62,706 nt of DNA from an uncultured Bacteriovoracaceae bacterium. Its GTDB lineage: Bacteria; Desulfobacterota; Desulfomonilia; UBA1062. The stretch is from positions 1 through 62,706 of the forward strand of contig CAZNGL010000003.1 of the NCBI GenBank assembly GCA_964572405.1, read 5' to 3'. How positions within the stretch are numbered: the stretch's first letter is position 1; each line of letters begins with the position of its first letter. A model generated the notes under the pieces. That model searched no databases. It was not told the origin of the DNA and worked only from the letters and a program-made list of their open reading frames with translations. Positions 1-9,447 of the stretch are shown in pieces. A program made the translations under genes and the position numbers.

Positions 1-1
1 G

Positions 2-634
2 TACACCTACTCTGAGCCCATCTCGTTCTACGAGTACATGTTCGACACGGCCCAGGCGGCCCGCAGCGCCGGCATCGCCAACGTGTTCATATCCAACGGC
101 TACATCAATCCGAAGCCGCTGCTGAAGCTCTGCACGGTACTGGATGCCGCCAACATCAACCTCAAGTCGTTCAGCGACGAGGTGTACCGGAAGCTCAACG
201 GCGCCAGGCTGGAGCCCGTGCTCTCCACGCTGAAGACCCTGCACGAGCGCGGGGTGCACCTGGAAATCACCACTCTGGTGGTGCCGGGATACACCGATGA
301 CGAAGAGATGACCAAACGCATGTGCGGCTGGATCGTCAGAAACGTAGGCCAGGATCACCCGCTCCATTTCCTGCGGTTCTTCCCCAAGTACAGGCTTGAC
401 CGGCTCCCGCCCACGCCCATAGCAGTCATCGAGCGGTTCCGATCGCTGGCCATGCAGGAGGGGATCCGGTACGTCTACGTGGGCAACATTCCCTCCCACG
501 AGGGGAACAACACCTACTGCCATGCCTGCGGCAGGCTCCTCATCGAGCGCAGGGGCTACTTCATGCCGGTCAACAACCTAGAGGGGAATGCCTGCAGGTT
601 CTGCCGGGCGCGGATACCCGGGGTTTGGGCGTGA
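2..634 (+). CDS. amrS: AmmeMemoRadiSam system radical SAM enzyme (5' truncated at window edge)
   Basis: Frame is open from nt 2 (YTYSEPISFYEYMFDTA...). Motifs SNGYIN, ANINLKSF, HLEITTLVVPG, HFLRFFP, YVYVGN and C-terminal CxxC...CxxC (TYCHACG, CRFC) are typical of the PflA-like AmmeMemoRadiSam enzyme. Confidence 0.85.
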   Translation, partial: YTYSEPISFYEYMFDTAQAARSAGIANVFISNGYINPKPLLKLCTVLDAANINLKSFSDEVYRKLNGARLEPVLSTLKTLHERGVHLEITTLVVPGYTDDEEMTKRMCGWIVRNVGQDHPLHFLRFFPKYRLDRLPPTPIAVIERFRSLAMQEGIRYVYVGNIPSHEGNNTYCHACGRLLIERRGYFMPVNNLEGNACRFCRARIPGVWA

Positions 635-664
635 TGGTGTACGCGGTCAGGGGCATCTCTCCTG

Positions 665-1927
665 TCACGGCGCAGGGAACACTGGTGCAAACCCCTTCCG
701 GGCGGCTTCCCTGGGCCACACGGTGACGCGCTCCATGGTGCCGTCCACGTCCCGGAACTGGGTGACCACGTAGCCCGCGTTCTCGTTCTGGCCCGTCTTG
801 TCGAACTCGATGCACCGGTATGCCAGGATGTCGATGCCGGGCCTGCCCGTGCCCCGGCACAAATCGGTGCCGGCCAGCTCGTCCCTGATGTCTTCGCGGT
901 CGATGGTTTCCGCCTGCTCCAGGGCGTTCGCGATGACATAGACCGAGGCAAAGGCGTCCACGGTCTCTGCACTGAGGTCGAAGCCCGTCCGTTTCTTGAA
1001 CTCGGCGTTGATGGCACCGATCTGCGGGCGGTTCATGTCGGGCTCCCACCCCGAGGTGTCGAAGAGGTACTCGCACGCCTTGCCCGCCTTCTTGAGGAAG
1101 GCGGGAGAGGCGTGTCCCCCGCCGCTGGCCACCACCGCCTTGACCCTGACGTTCAGCGCCGACATGGCAACCGCCAGCAAGGCCGCGTCCTGGGTGAAGG
1201 ACGCGAGCAGGACCACGTCTGGCCGGGCGTTCCTGATCTTCAGGGCCGTCTCGGTCATGTCGCCTGCTGTGCTCGCATACGGCACCGCCAGGACCACCTT
1301 ATAACCATCGGATACGACGAGCCGGGCCCACTGGTCCTTCATGGACATGCCCCAGGGACCGTCCTCGAACACGAAGGCAACGGTCTCGATCTTCGCGCCG
1401 CCCGCCTTGCGCATGTCCTTGAGGAACCGGAACTGGTCCCGGGAGCGCCAGCTGTCCTTGGGCGCGATGCGGAAGGTGTACTTGAAGCCGCGCTCCGTGA
1501 TGCTGTCCCGCACCGAGACCGGGACCACGTAGGGAACCCTGGCCTTCTCAGCCACCTGCGTGGTGGGGTAGGTGACCGCCGAATTCCACGCCCCGGAGAT
1601 GACGGCCACCTTGTCGGTGGTGATGAGCTGCTCGGCCGCCGTGATGCCGAAGGCCGCCTCGCCCCTGCTGTCGGCCCAGACGTTCACCAGCCTGGCCCCG
1701 CCCAGGGACTTGATGCCTCCTGCGGCATTGATGGAGTCGGTGGCGAGCTCGATGGCCGCCCTGCACTGCCTGCCCGCGTTTGCAGTCGGTCCGGAAAGGG
1801 GCAGGATGTTCCCGATCCTGACCTCTGCCACCTTGCCCGAGCGGACCTCCATCCATGCCCCCGGGCCGAAGAGGGTCAACAGGAGGACGGTGATACACAT
1901 ACTGAGAACGGTGGGCCGTGTCTGCAT
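665..1927 (-). CDS. ABC transporter substrate-binding protein, branched-chain amino acid (LivK/LivJ-like) family
   Basis: ORF 665..2023; start re-set to ATG 1927 (MQTRPTV), followed by a signal-like hydrophobic stretch. IGNILPLSG, DSRG and SGAWNS motifs fit the periplasmic binding protein type 1 fold. Confidence 0.85.
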   Translation of the reverse strand: MQTRPTVLSMCITVLLLTLFGPGAWMEVRSGKVAEVRIGNILPLSGPTANAGRQCRAAIELATDSINAAGGIKSLGGARLVNVWADSRGEAAFGITAAEQLITTDKVAVISGAWNSAVTYPTTQVAEKARVPYVVPVSVRDSITERGFKYTFRIAPKDSWRSRDQFRFLKDMRKAGGAKIETVAFVFEDGPWGMSMKDQWARLVVSDGYKVVLAVPYASTAGDMTETALKIRNARPDVVLLASFTQDAALLAVAMSALNVRVKAVVASGGGHASPAFLKKAGKACEYLFDTSGWEPDMNRPQIGAINAEFKKRTGFDLSAETVDAFASVYVIANALEQAETIDREDIRDELAGTDLCRGTGRPGIDILAYRCIEFDKTGQNENAGYVVTQFRDVDGTMERVTVWPREAARKGFAPVFPAP

Positions 1928-2019
1928 GGAAACCTCTGTGTCCGTGTCTCTACCACGGAAAGGCGATTTTCGCCATGGCCCGATGCATCTGCCCGGGTCC
2001 TCCCGTGAGCCGTCCGCCA

Positions 2020-2925
2020 TCACATCATCCCGGGCGAGTGGAAGAGGTACCTGTCCAGGGAGCCGAACCGCTCGGAGGCCAGGAGCACATAGGGCATGCG
2101 GACCGTGAACCCCAGTGAGAATGCCGTTTCCAGCGCCGCGCGGTTGCTGCCGGGCACCATCAGGGCGAGGGAGGGGTGACCTTCCCCGGCATGCCGGACG
2201 ATGAGCTTCAGGAGCTCCTTGTACGGCACATCCTTCAGCGCTGCCAGAGGCCCGATGCGGCCGTCGGGCCAGAGGTAGACATAGGCCGCGGGCCTGTTCC
2301 TGTACCTGATGAGGTAGCCCGTGGCGATGCGGTCCGTGAGGAAGAACCGGTGGTGACGCTCCCGGGACGTGCCGAGGACTTCCCTGTCAATGACGGCCAG
2401 ATCTTCCTGCTGACGCTCGGAGAGGTGAATGGCGCCCTGGAGATTCCCCCGGTGTTTCCCTGGGGAGGGCATCTCCCGTTGCGTGCCCAGGTGCATGAGG
2501 TAGATGTCTTCCACCGGGTAGAGGCCGTTCTTCAGATACAGGGAAACGGAGACCGGGTTGAAGGCCATGGTGATCACCGCCCGGTGCGCGCAGTTGGCGG
2601 TCCTGCAGTAGTTCATGGTCCGTTCCAACAGGGAATGGCCGATACCCTTGCCCTGGAAGTCCGGGAGCACGAAGAGATGGGAGAGGAACCAGAACGATTC
2701 CCTCACCCAGCTGATGGTGGCCCCCACGACCTTTCCCCCATCCACCGCCACGAAGAACCCCTGCGGCTCTTCCTGCAGCGCAAAGGCGTAGAAGGGGTTC
2801 ACGGGCAGGGAGTCATGCTGTGCATCGAACCCGTGCCTTTTGTAGACATCCAGGATGGACGCCCAGTACACATCCGATACGGCCTGGATGTCGTGTTCGG
2901 CTGCCGGGCGGTAGGTTATGGCCAT
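2020..2925 (-). CDS. GNAT family N-acetyltransferase
   Basis: Acetyl-CoA-binding motif LFVLPDFQGKGIGHSLL; likely start MAITYRPA at 2925; second degenerate GNAT-like half. Confidence 0.8.
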   Translation of the reverse strand: MAITYRPAAEHDIQAVSDVYWASILDVYKRHGFDAQHDSLPVNPFYAFALQEEPQGFFVAVDGGKVVGATISWVRESFWFLSHLFVLPDFQGKGIGHSLLERTMNYCRTANCAHRAVITMAFNPVSVSLYLKNGLYPVEDIYLMHLGTQREMPSPGKHRGNLQGAIHLSERQQEDLAVIDREVLGTSRERHHRFFLTDRIATGYLIRYRNRPAAYVYLWPDGRIGPLAALKDVPYKELLKLIVRHAGEGHPSLALMVPGSNRAALETAFSLGFTVRMPYVLLASERFGSLDRYLFHSPGMM

Positions 2926-3185
2926 GCACAGATCCCCTGTTCCCAGGAAAGAATAGGCATGCCCCGGGGGAAAAGCAACCGCGGCGCTCATGGGTCACAA
3001 TCCGATGGTGTCTTCGCCCGAACGCGCTGCCATATACTACGGTATTGCCAGAAGCTTCTGTACATTATATCCTACAACTGTCCAGGATGCCTGAAGAGAT
3101 CACCACAGGGCATGTCCGGACGATTCCATGGTATACGGCCGGCCCTCTTACTGGGGTGTCGGGTCCTGATGGAAAAGGGGGCGTC

Positions 3186-3956
3186 ATGAAGAAGAAACTC
3201 GTCCTTGCAGGTCTTTTCGTGCTCATGGGTGCCCTTGTCATCGCCTGGGGCTGGGGTTCGGTCAAGGAGAACGCACCAAAGCAAGAGGGGCCCGGGACCG
3301 TCTTTTACTTCGGACTCCCTGAAAAGCCGGTGTATTCAAAATCCATCGTGGACTCGCCAAAGAGCCGCTACGTCTTCGAACCCGTCCTGCAATTCGACCT
3401 GGTGAAGCACGATTTCATCGTCAGGAACACGTCGAAGCAGGTCCTGGAACTGAAGAAGGTGAAGGCATGCTGCGGGAGCCTTGTGGAGGCATACAGCGAC
3501 CACATACTGCCGGGCCAGGAGGGTGTCGTCAAGACCGTGCTCCTCACCGAGCGCCGCGGGGGCGAGGAGATCCAGGGCACCATCCACATGCTGACGAACG
3601 ATCCCGAAAATCCGGAGTGGACCATTGACGTCTCCTGCTACGTGAAGAAGTTCGCCGACATCTCCGAGCACACCATCATGCTGTCGGGGTCCCTCCGTAC
3701 CCCCATCGAAGGGTCGTCCGTGGTCATTCCCACCAGTGAGTATCCGTTCAGGATCACCGGTGTGAAGGCGAAGAAGGCTCAGGACATCACGTATGGGTAC
3801 AGGGAGACGACGCGGGGCGGAAAGAAGGGCTATCTCGTCACGGCCAGAAACATCCGGAAAACCCCCGGCGTGATCCGCGACACCATCTATGTGCAGACGG
3901 ACAACCCTGCCAGGCCAGAGTTCATCATCCGGGTGCTCGGCAAAGTGACCGACTGA
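3186..3956 (+). CDS. Exported DUF1573-like Ig-fold protein
   Basis: ATG 3186 followed by an N-terminal TM/signal segment. HDFIVRN-x-S-x3-L-x-L-x2-V-x-ACCG...ILPGQEG pattern resembles DUF1573. Confidence 0.6.
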   Translation: MKKKLVLAGLFVLMGALVIAWGWGSVKENAPKQEGPGTVFYFGLPEKPVYSKSIVDSPKSRYVFEPVLQFDLVKHDFIVRNTSKQVLELKKVKACCGSLVEAYSDHILPGQEGVVKTVLLTERRGGEEIQGTIHMLTNDPENPEWTIDVSCYVKKFADISEHTIMLSGSLRTPIEGSSVVIPTSEYPFRITGVKAKKAQDITYGYRETTRGGKKGYLVTARNIRKTPGVIRDTIYVQTDNPARPEFIIRVLGKVTD

Positions 3957-3992
3957 CAGATGTGGAGAACCGTACGCGCGGCAGGGGCACGG

Positions 3993-4664
3993 CTAATAAT
4001 CGGTGCTGGAGATGTCCCTCTGGACCCCGGTGCCCCTGGTGTAGATGTCCAGAGTAACCTTTTCCCCGCTGATGAGCATGGTCACGAGGACGTCCTCGTT
4101 CACGAACCTCGCCCTGTGGGTGATGGTCTTGCCGTAATAGTCCAGCTGCCAGGAGAACTCCCTCCTCACCGGGTCGTAGGTGTAGGTCTTGGGGGTCTCG
4201 AAGAAGGTGTACGTCCGGGTGGAGTTCTCGTCCGGGAAGTAGATGAAGGTTCCGTCCGCCTGGGGCTGCAGGTAGAAGCCGTTCTTGTCTTCCTTGTTGT
4301 CGTCCACGCTCACCCAGTCGCCCTTCCAGTACTCCTGTACGGGCGCGTTTCCCGTCTGAATCACGCGGTCCAGCAGAGGGATGTCCTCCACGGTCTCGAT
4401 GTTGAGGTCGTAGATCTGCCTCTTGATGTCCTCGATGTCCTTTGGATGGTACACCTCCGCCTGGGGTTCCCGGCTCTTGGGGGCAGCCTCGATCCGGTCC
4501 GGGGTATGATCAGCAATTGCCCGGTTATGAACGGCTTGCTGCGGGGATGAAGGCTTGACGGGGCCCTCTGAGATATCAGGGACGGCTCCGGCGTGGTAGA
4601 GATACAGACCGGCTCCCAGGAGAAGGATGCCGACGGCAACAGATATCGCGTGGTTTTTCTTCAT
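3993..4664 (-). CDS. Hypothetical protein with N-terminal membrane anchor
   Basis: 223-aa ORF with coding-like codon usage and a hydrophobic N-terminus (AISVAVGILLLGAGLYLY); family not recognised. Confidence 0.7.
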   Translation of the reverse strand: MKKNHAISVAVGILLLGAGLYLYHAGAVPDISEGPVKPSSPQQAVHNRAIADHTPDRIEAAPKSREPQAEVYHPKDIEDIKRQIYDLNIETVEDIPLLDRVIQTGNAPVQEYWKGDWVSVDDNKEDKNGFYLQPQADGTFIYFPDENSTRTYTFFETPKTYTYDPVRREFSWQLDYYGKTITHRARFVNEDVLVTMLISGEKVTLDIYTRGTGVQRDISSTDY

Positions 4665-4824
4665 CGTTCCGATCTTCTCGATGCCATAGTAATGATCAGA
4701 TTTCCAGTGCGGTCACATCGGCCTGCCAGCTGCGACCGGCAATCGCATGAATCCGAAGCGCCCCCCCATGCATGCCTGGAGGCAGCGCCATGGGACACTG
4801 CCTCCAGGACGGGCGCCTCAAAAC

Positions 4825-5508
4825 CTAGCGGTACATGTTCCCTGCCACCATGGCGTTCCAGATCAGGTTGGCCAGTTTCTGCGACCCGCTGGATGTGGGG
4901 TGGATATCGTCCGACTTGATGTCCGTGGGCAGGATGACTGCCCTCGGGTCCACGAGGGTCGCCTTGAAGCCGGAGTAGACGGTACCGAAGATGCCAGGGT
5001 AGAGCCAGTCATAGGTGTAGTCGATGGCCTCGTTCTTCTCGATCTCGCTGCCCTTCACGTGGTAGTAGCCGAGCCACACGCAGTCGTTGGGCGATTTGGT
5101 GTACATGGTGTAGAGCATGGCCTCCATCTTGTCGCCGACGTAGTTGAGCACATCCAGGCACCCTGAGGTCAGCGGGTCGGAATCGCAGTCCATGCTGCCC
5201 TGGAGGATGTCATTGGCCCCGCCGTCGGCGATGAGGGTCTTGAGCGTCGTCCTGCCGAGGGCCGTGTTCATCTGGCTCTGGATCGCCGCGATCTTGGCGC
5301 CGCTCACGGACCGGTCCTTGTACATCTTGCCGGACAGGGTCTTCAGGTATGTCTGGATCTCGCCCGAGAGGTCGAAGACCGAATCACCGATGATCTGGAC
5401 ATCCCATTCCGTTGCCGTTGGATTGTGAAAATCGAACGAGCATCCGATCGTCCCCAGGGCCAACCCCCCCGCCATCCCGATAACCAATAGCATCCTGAAC
5501 AGTCTCAT
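4825..5508 (-). CDS. SGNH/GDSL hydrolase family lipoprotein
   Basis: Lipobox-like GTIG-C; catalytic blocks IGDSV, GGANDI and DDIHP; GGAGG RBS before ATG 5508. Confidence 0.8.
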   Translation of the reverse strand: MRLFRMLLVIGMAGGLALGTIGCSFDFHNPTATEWDVQIIGDSVFDLSGEIQTYLKTLSGKMYKDRSVSGAKIAAIQSQMNTALGRTTLKTLIADGGANDILQGSMDCDSDPLTSGCLDVLNYVGDKMEAMLYTMYTKSPNDCVWLGYYHVKGSEIEKNEAIDYTYDWLYPGIFGTVYSGFKATLVDPRAVILPTDIKSDDIHPTSSGSQKLANLIWNAMVAGNMYR

Positions 5509-5741
5509 CACGCCTCCTCCTTGATAGATGGTTGCGGCACGATCACCTGACAGACAGTGCCGCCTCTTGCCGCGATCCACAAGGATTGCTCTGGACCTGG
5601 GACTCATAAAATATTAAAATATGTCAATAAGATTAATATAGATTGATATATGCAGATGACAACAGGGAAAATATATGGGGGGAATTGGGGGAGATACCCC
5701 CCATGGAAAACCTTTGCGGCCCCCCCCTTGAAGGAGCGCTC

Positions 5742-7046
5742 ATGACCGGGCCCATCCAGACAACGAGAAAGAGCACCGGAAGCCACGCCAAGAAGCTGCT
5801 GCTGGAGAACGACAGGAGGTACCGGTTCCTGGCGAACCGGATCACGGACATCATCTGGGTGCTCGACCTCAAGACCTTCCGCCTCGAATACGTGAGCCCG
5901 TCCTCGGAACTCGTCACGGGATACACGCCGGAGGAGGCTGTTGGCACCAGGCTGGACCGCTTCGTGACGCAGGAGGGGATGGCCGAGATCCAGCAGGTCT
6001 TCCTGCAGGAATACGAGAAGGAGAAGCGGAAGGTTTCCGACTCCAGGACCATCGATTTCCAGATGTACCACAAGGACGGGCACACGATCTGGCTGGAGGC
6101 CTCGGCCCGATTCTACCGCAACGAGAGGGAGAAGGCCATCGGCATCGTGGGCGTGGCGAGGGACTGTACCCTGCGCAAGGAGGCGGAGATACGGCTCCGT
6201 AAGAGCGAGGAGAAGTATCGGCATATCATCGAAACGATCAGGGAGGCCTACGGCGAGTTTGATCTCGCGGGCAACCTCCTCTCCTGCAACGATGCCACTG
6301 CAGACATCACCGGGTACTCCCGGCCCGAGCTCATCGGGATGAACTACCGGCAGTTTCTTGATGAATCCGATGCCAGGGCCGTGTTCGATGTCTTCCATCG
6401 GGTGTACCTGACCCGCCAGTCCGCGAAGGGGATCGAGTGCGCCATCAGGGACAGGCGGGGGGCTCTCAGGCAGCTCGAGCTCTCCGTCCTCCTGTTGACC
6501 GATGCGGCCGGCAGGCCCACGGGGTTCTGCGGATTCGGCAGGGACATCACCGAGGCAAAGGAGATGCACGAGCGGCTCGATGCCCTCCTGAAGGAACGGA
6601 CCGCGGAGCTGATGCAGACCAACGCGACCCTTGAGAGAACGAACATCGCCCTGCAGGTGCTCCTCGAGAAGAAGGACGAGACGAGGTTCAAGCTGGAGGA
6701 CGCCGTGCGCAGGAACGTGGGCGAGCTGGTGATGCCCGCCCTGAGCAAGCTGCAGAACAGCGGGCTCTCCCCGAAGCAGATGGCCTACGTGGAGGTGATC
6801 ACCAAGAACCTGAACGATATCGTCCAGCCCCTGCTGAAGAGCGTCTCCCGCGACCTGGTGGAAATGACCCCCAGCGAGATACAGGTGGTCAATCTCATCA
6901 AGCAGGGGAAGAAGACCAAGGAGATCGCAGAGTTCATGAATATCGCCCCCAGCACCGTGGACTTCCACCGGGACAACATCCGCTCCAAGCTGAAGATCAA
7001 GAACCGGCGGGTCAACCTGCAGACCTACCTGCGGTCGCTGGAATAG
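5742..7046 (+). CDS. PAS-PAS-LuxR(HTH) one-component transcriptional regulator
   Basis: Two PAS S-box repeats ([12 protein letters not shown]...WLE; [12 protein letters not shown]...RDIT) and a C-terminal LuxR HTH ([22 protein letters not shown]...[13 protein letters not shown]). AAGGAG precedes ATG 5742; alternative starts 5643/5703. Confidence 0.85.
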   Translation: MTGPIQTTRKSTGSHAKKLLLENDRRYRFLANRITDIIWVLDLKTFRLEYVSPSSELVTGYTPEEAVGTRLDRFVTQEGMAEIQQVFLQEYEKEKRKVSDSRTIDFQMYHKDGHTIWLEASARFYRNEREKAIGIVGVARDCTLRKEAEIRLRKSEEKYRHIIETIREAYGEFDLAGNLLSCNDATADITGYSRPELIGMNYRQFLDESDARAVFDVFHRVYLTRQSAKGIECAIRDRRGALRQLELSVLLLTDAAGRPTGFCGFGRDITEAKEMHERLDALLKERTAELMQTNATLERTNIALQVLLEKKDETRFKLEDAVRRNVGELVMPALSKLQNSGLSPKQMAYVEVITKNLNDIVQPLLKSVSRDLVEMTPSEIQVVNLIKQGKKTKEIAEFMNIAPSTVDFHRDNIRSKLKIKNRRVNLQTYLRSLE

Positions 7047-7065
7047 GTGATACCGCGAGGCGTGT

Positions 7066-7872
7066 TCAACCGCCTATCCCGTTCGAGCGCTGCCGTGCGT
7101 ACACCGCAGCCCCCAGGGCCCCTATGATCTGCGGGTCCACCGGGAGCTCGGCCACCTCCATGGCGAGCATCTTCGAGAGTGCTTTGATGAGGCCCCTGTT
7201 CTTGGCGCACCCGCCCGTGACCGTCACCCTGGGGCGCATGCCGATGCGCTTGAGCAGGGTGAAGCACCGCTTGGACACGGCGGCCTGGATGCCGGCCGCG
7301 ATCTCCTCGGGCGGGTTCCTTTTCGCCAGGAGGCTTATGACCTCGCTCTCGGCGAACACGCTGCACTGGGAGGTTACGGGGATCACCCTGCCCGCCTTCA
7401 GGGAGAGCGCGGAGAACGCCTCGATGTCCATGCGGAAAACCCTGCTCATGGCCTCGTAGAACCGTCCCGTGCCTGCGGCGCACTTGTCGTTCATGGCGAA
7501 CTCTAAAACCGCTCCCCTGTCGTCGATGGCGATGGCCTTCACGTCCTGTCCACCGATGTCCACGATGGTCTTTATGTCAGGACTGCAGGAGAACGTCCCC
7601 ATGGCATGGCAGCTGATCTCGGAGATGTTCTCGCTGGCAAAGGGCACCTCGTTCCTGCCGTACCCGGTACCGATGAGATAGGCCAGGTTCTTGTGGCCGC
7701 CGAGCCCCGGGACCTTCGCGCAGGCCTGCTCGAGGGCGAGCCTGGATGTCAGCTCCGGGTCGATCTCGCTCGGGATGATCACGGACGCCTGCATGGCGCC
7801 CCCCTCGTCGATGATGACCGCCTTGCCCGTGGTGGACCCTACGTCGCACCCGCCGAAGTATCTTTGTGCCAT
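7066..7872 (-). CDS. ATP-dependent acyl-CoA dehydratase/reductase activase (HgdC/BcrAD family)
   Basis: ASKHA motifs GCDVGSTTGK, GTGYGR, DIGGQD and the Fe-S cysteines NDKCAAGTG and SQCSVFAESE. Confidence 0.92.
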   Translation of the reverse strand: MAQRYFGGCDVGSTTGKAVIIDEGGAMQASVIIPSEIDPELTSRLALEQACAKVPGLGGHKNLAYLIGTGYGRNEVPFASENISEISCHAMGTFSCSPDIKTIVDIGGQDVKAIAIDDRGAVLEFAMNDKCAAGTGRFYEAMSRVFRMDIEAFSALSLKAGRVIPVTSQCSVFAESEVISLLAKRNPPEEIAAGIQAAVSKRCFTLLKRIGMRPRVTVTGGCAKNRGLIKALSKMLAMEVAELPVDPQIIGALGAAVYARQRSNGIGG

Positions 7873-9443
7873 ATCCTCGCCTCCCCGTCTTCTCTGTGGG
7901 TTCCCCGCGCCTGGTGATCGAGTCGTTCCGCCTTCATGACATTCTCCATGAAGTGTTCCACCTGCCGCATCATGTTGTCACGGGAGACGATGCGCGGATC
8001 GCTCAGGTCGTAATCCAGGATCAGGAGCGGTATGCCTTTCTCGCGGCACTTCTCGCGCAGGATGCCGTTCATGGCCTGGCCGCTCTTGCATCCCACGTGA
8101 TTGGCCACCCAGACCATGTCCAGGTCGAACTGCTTCACCATGCGGAAGATGTCGTCGAGGTAGTTCTCCGCCGGCCCCCGGGTGTGGCGGACCATGGGGC
8201 CCTGCATGACGACCCTGCTCCAGCCGCGCAGCATGGATTCGGGCGTGGAGGTGTCGATGGGGCCGAGGTGGTTGTAGCTCATGCTGTCGTTCAGGAGGGT
8301 CAGGCCGTAGGTGCGCTCCGCCCAGTTGAAGATGTCCGGGAAGTGGAGAAAGGGCGGATTCCAGCACACCGCCCGATACCGCTCGTTGAGTGTGGCCGGT
8401 AAGTGTTCCTCGAGGTTCTGCCGGGCCAGCTGCACCAGGCGCTCGAAATGTCTCGCCGAATCCTCGCACTCCGGGGTCACGTTGAAGTGCCAGAGATGGC
8501 TCATCCAGACCGCCTCCGAGGCAAGGGGCGCAGGCCTCACCCGGAGCATGTCCCACAGCTCCCGCTCCAGTTCCAGCATGCGATTGCGGTTCTCGCACAT
8601 CCGCCTGAAGAGGTCCCAGTCCATGCGGCCGGTCGTGTGCTTCTCGAGGAACGCGATCATTCCCTTCACGTCTTCGACGAAGAGGTCCACCGCGCGATCG
8701 TTGTAGAAGCGGTACGGCACGTCGAGGCGGTAGACGGGCACGCCGTAGGCGCGCTGGAAGAAGGTGTACGACGCCGCGCCGGCGTCGCAGGGGAGGTTTG
8801 AGCTCACCATGGCGATGCCCTTCGGCAGGTGCCCCTTGAGGACCATGCCCATGGTCGTCTTTGGCAGGCTGCAGGAGTCGGGATTGATCCCCTCGTTCTC
8901 CGCTTCGTCGATGTACTTCAGGCATACCTCCGGGTCCAGCAGGGGCAGCATGATGCCCATGGCCTCGAGCTGGTAGCACCTCAGGCCCATGGCGTGGGCG
9001 ATGTCCGGAGGCACCAGGTCCTCGTTGATGACCAGTCGGTCGGGGTGGAACAGCATCTCCCTGAGCAGTTCCACGACCCCGGCGGTGATGGTGTGCATGG
9101 TCATGCACACCGCCTCGTGATAGCGGCCGGTCCTCCCGGGGAGGATACGCCTCGTGAGGGCGTTCACCTTCTGCAGGGTCAGGATCCACGGGTGCCTGAG
9201 CAAGGTCCGGACGGACCCCACCGGGCCGAAGGCGAGGACGAACTCCATGAGGAACTTCACGATGACCGCATAGTTGAGGGCCCAGTACCTCATGTAGACG
9301 GCCAGGTCTTTCGGATTCCGCGTGCGGACGAGGTATTCCGCAAGGGAATTGTACCAGAGTTTCCTGCCTGTCTCCTTCAGACCGGCGGAAAGGTGTTTCA
9401 TGTCTGCCGTGATGTTCTTCACGCCTCGGGGTCCTCTCTCCAT
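7839..9443 (-). CDS. 2-hydroxyacyl-CoA dehydratase / benzoyl-CoA reductase subunit (HgdA/BcrB type) with N-terminal extension
   Basis: Cys motifs PDSCSLPK, PCDAG and HVGCKS; C-terminal LILDYDLSDPR. Start uncertain (9443 or 9401). Confidence 0.85.
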   Translation of the reverse strand: MERGPRGVKNITADMKHLSAGLKETGRKLWYNSLAEYLVRTRNPKDLAVYMRYWALNYAVIVKFLMEFVLAFGPVGSVRTLLRHPWILTLQKVNALTRRILPGRTGRYHEAVCMTMHTITAGVVELLREMLFHPDRLVINEDLVPPDIAHAMGLRCYQLEAMGIMLPLLDPEVCLKYIDEAENEGINPDSCSLPKTTMGMVLKGHLPKGIAMVSSNLPCDAGAASYTFFQRAYGVPVYRLDVPYRFYNDRAVDLFVEDVKGMIAFLEKHTTGRMDWDLFRRMCENRNRMLELERELWDMLRVRPAPLASEAVWMSHLWHFNVTPECEDSARHFERLVQLARQNLEEHLPATLNERYRAVCWNPPFLHFPDIFNWAERTYGLTLLNDSMSYNHLGPIDTSTPESMLRGWSRVVMQGPMVRHTRGPAENYLDDIFRMVKQFDLDMVWVANHVGCKSGQAMNGILREKCREKGIPLLILDYDLSDPRIVSRDNMMRQVEHFMENVMKAERLDHQARGTHREDGEARIWHKDTSAGAT

Positions 9444-9447
9444 GGTG

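Noticed and set aside
3460-3480. Selenocysteine recoding in the DUF1573-like protein
   Set aside because: The Cys-Cys-Gly motif is encoded by TGC TGC, with no in-frame TGA.
4775-4808. 11-bp hairpin CCTGGAGGCAG/CTGCCTCCAGG downstream of the SGNH gene as a terminator or REP element
   Set aside because: There is no U tract on either side and no second copy was noticed. At most it is an mRNA-stabilising hairpin.
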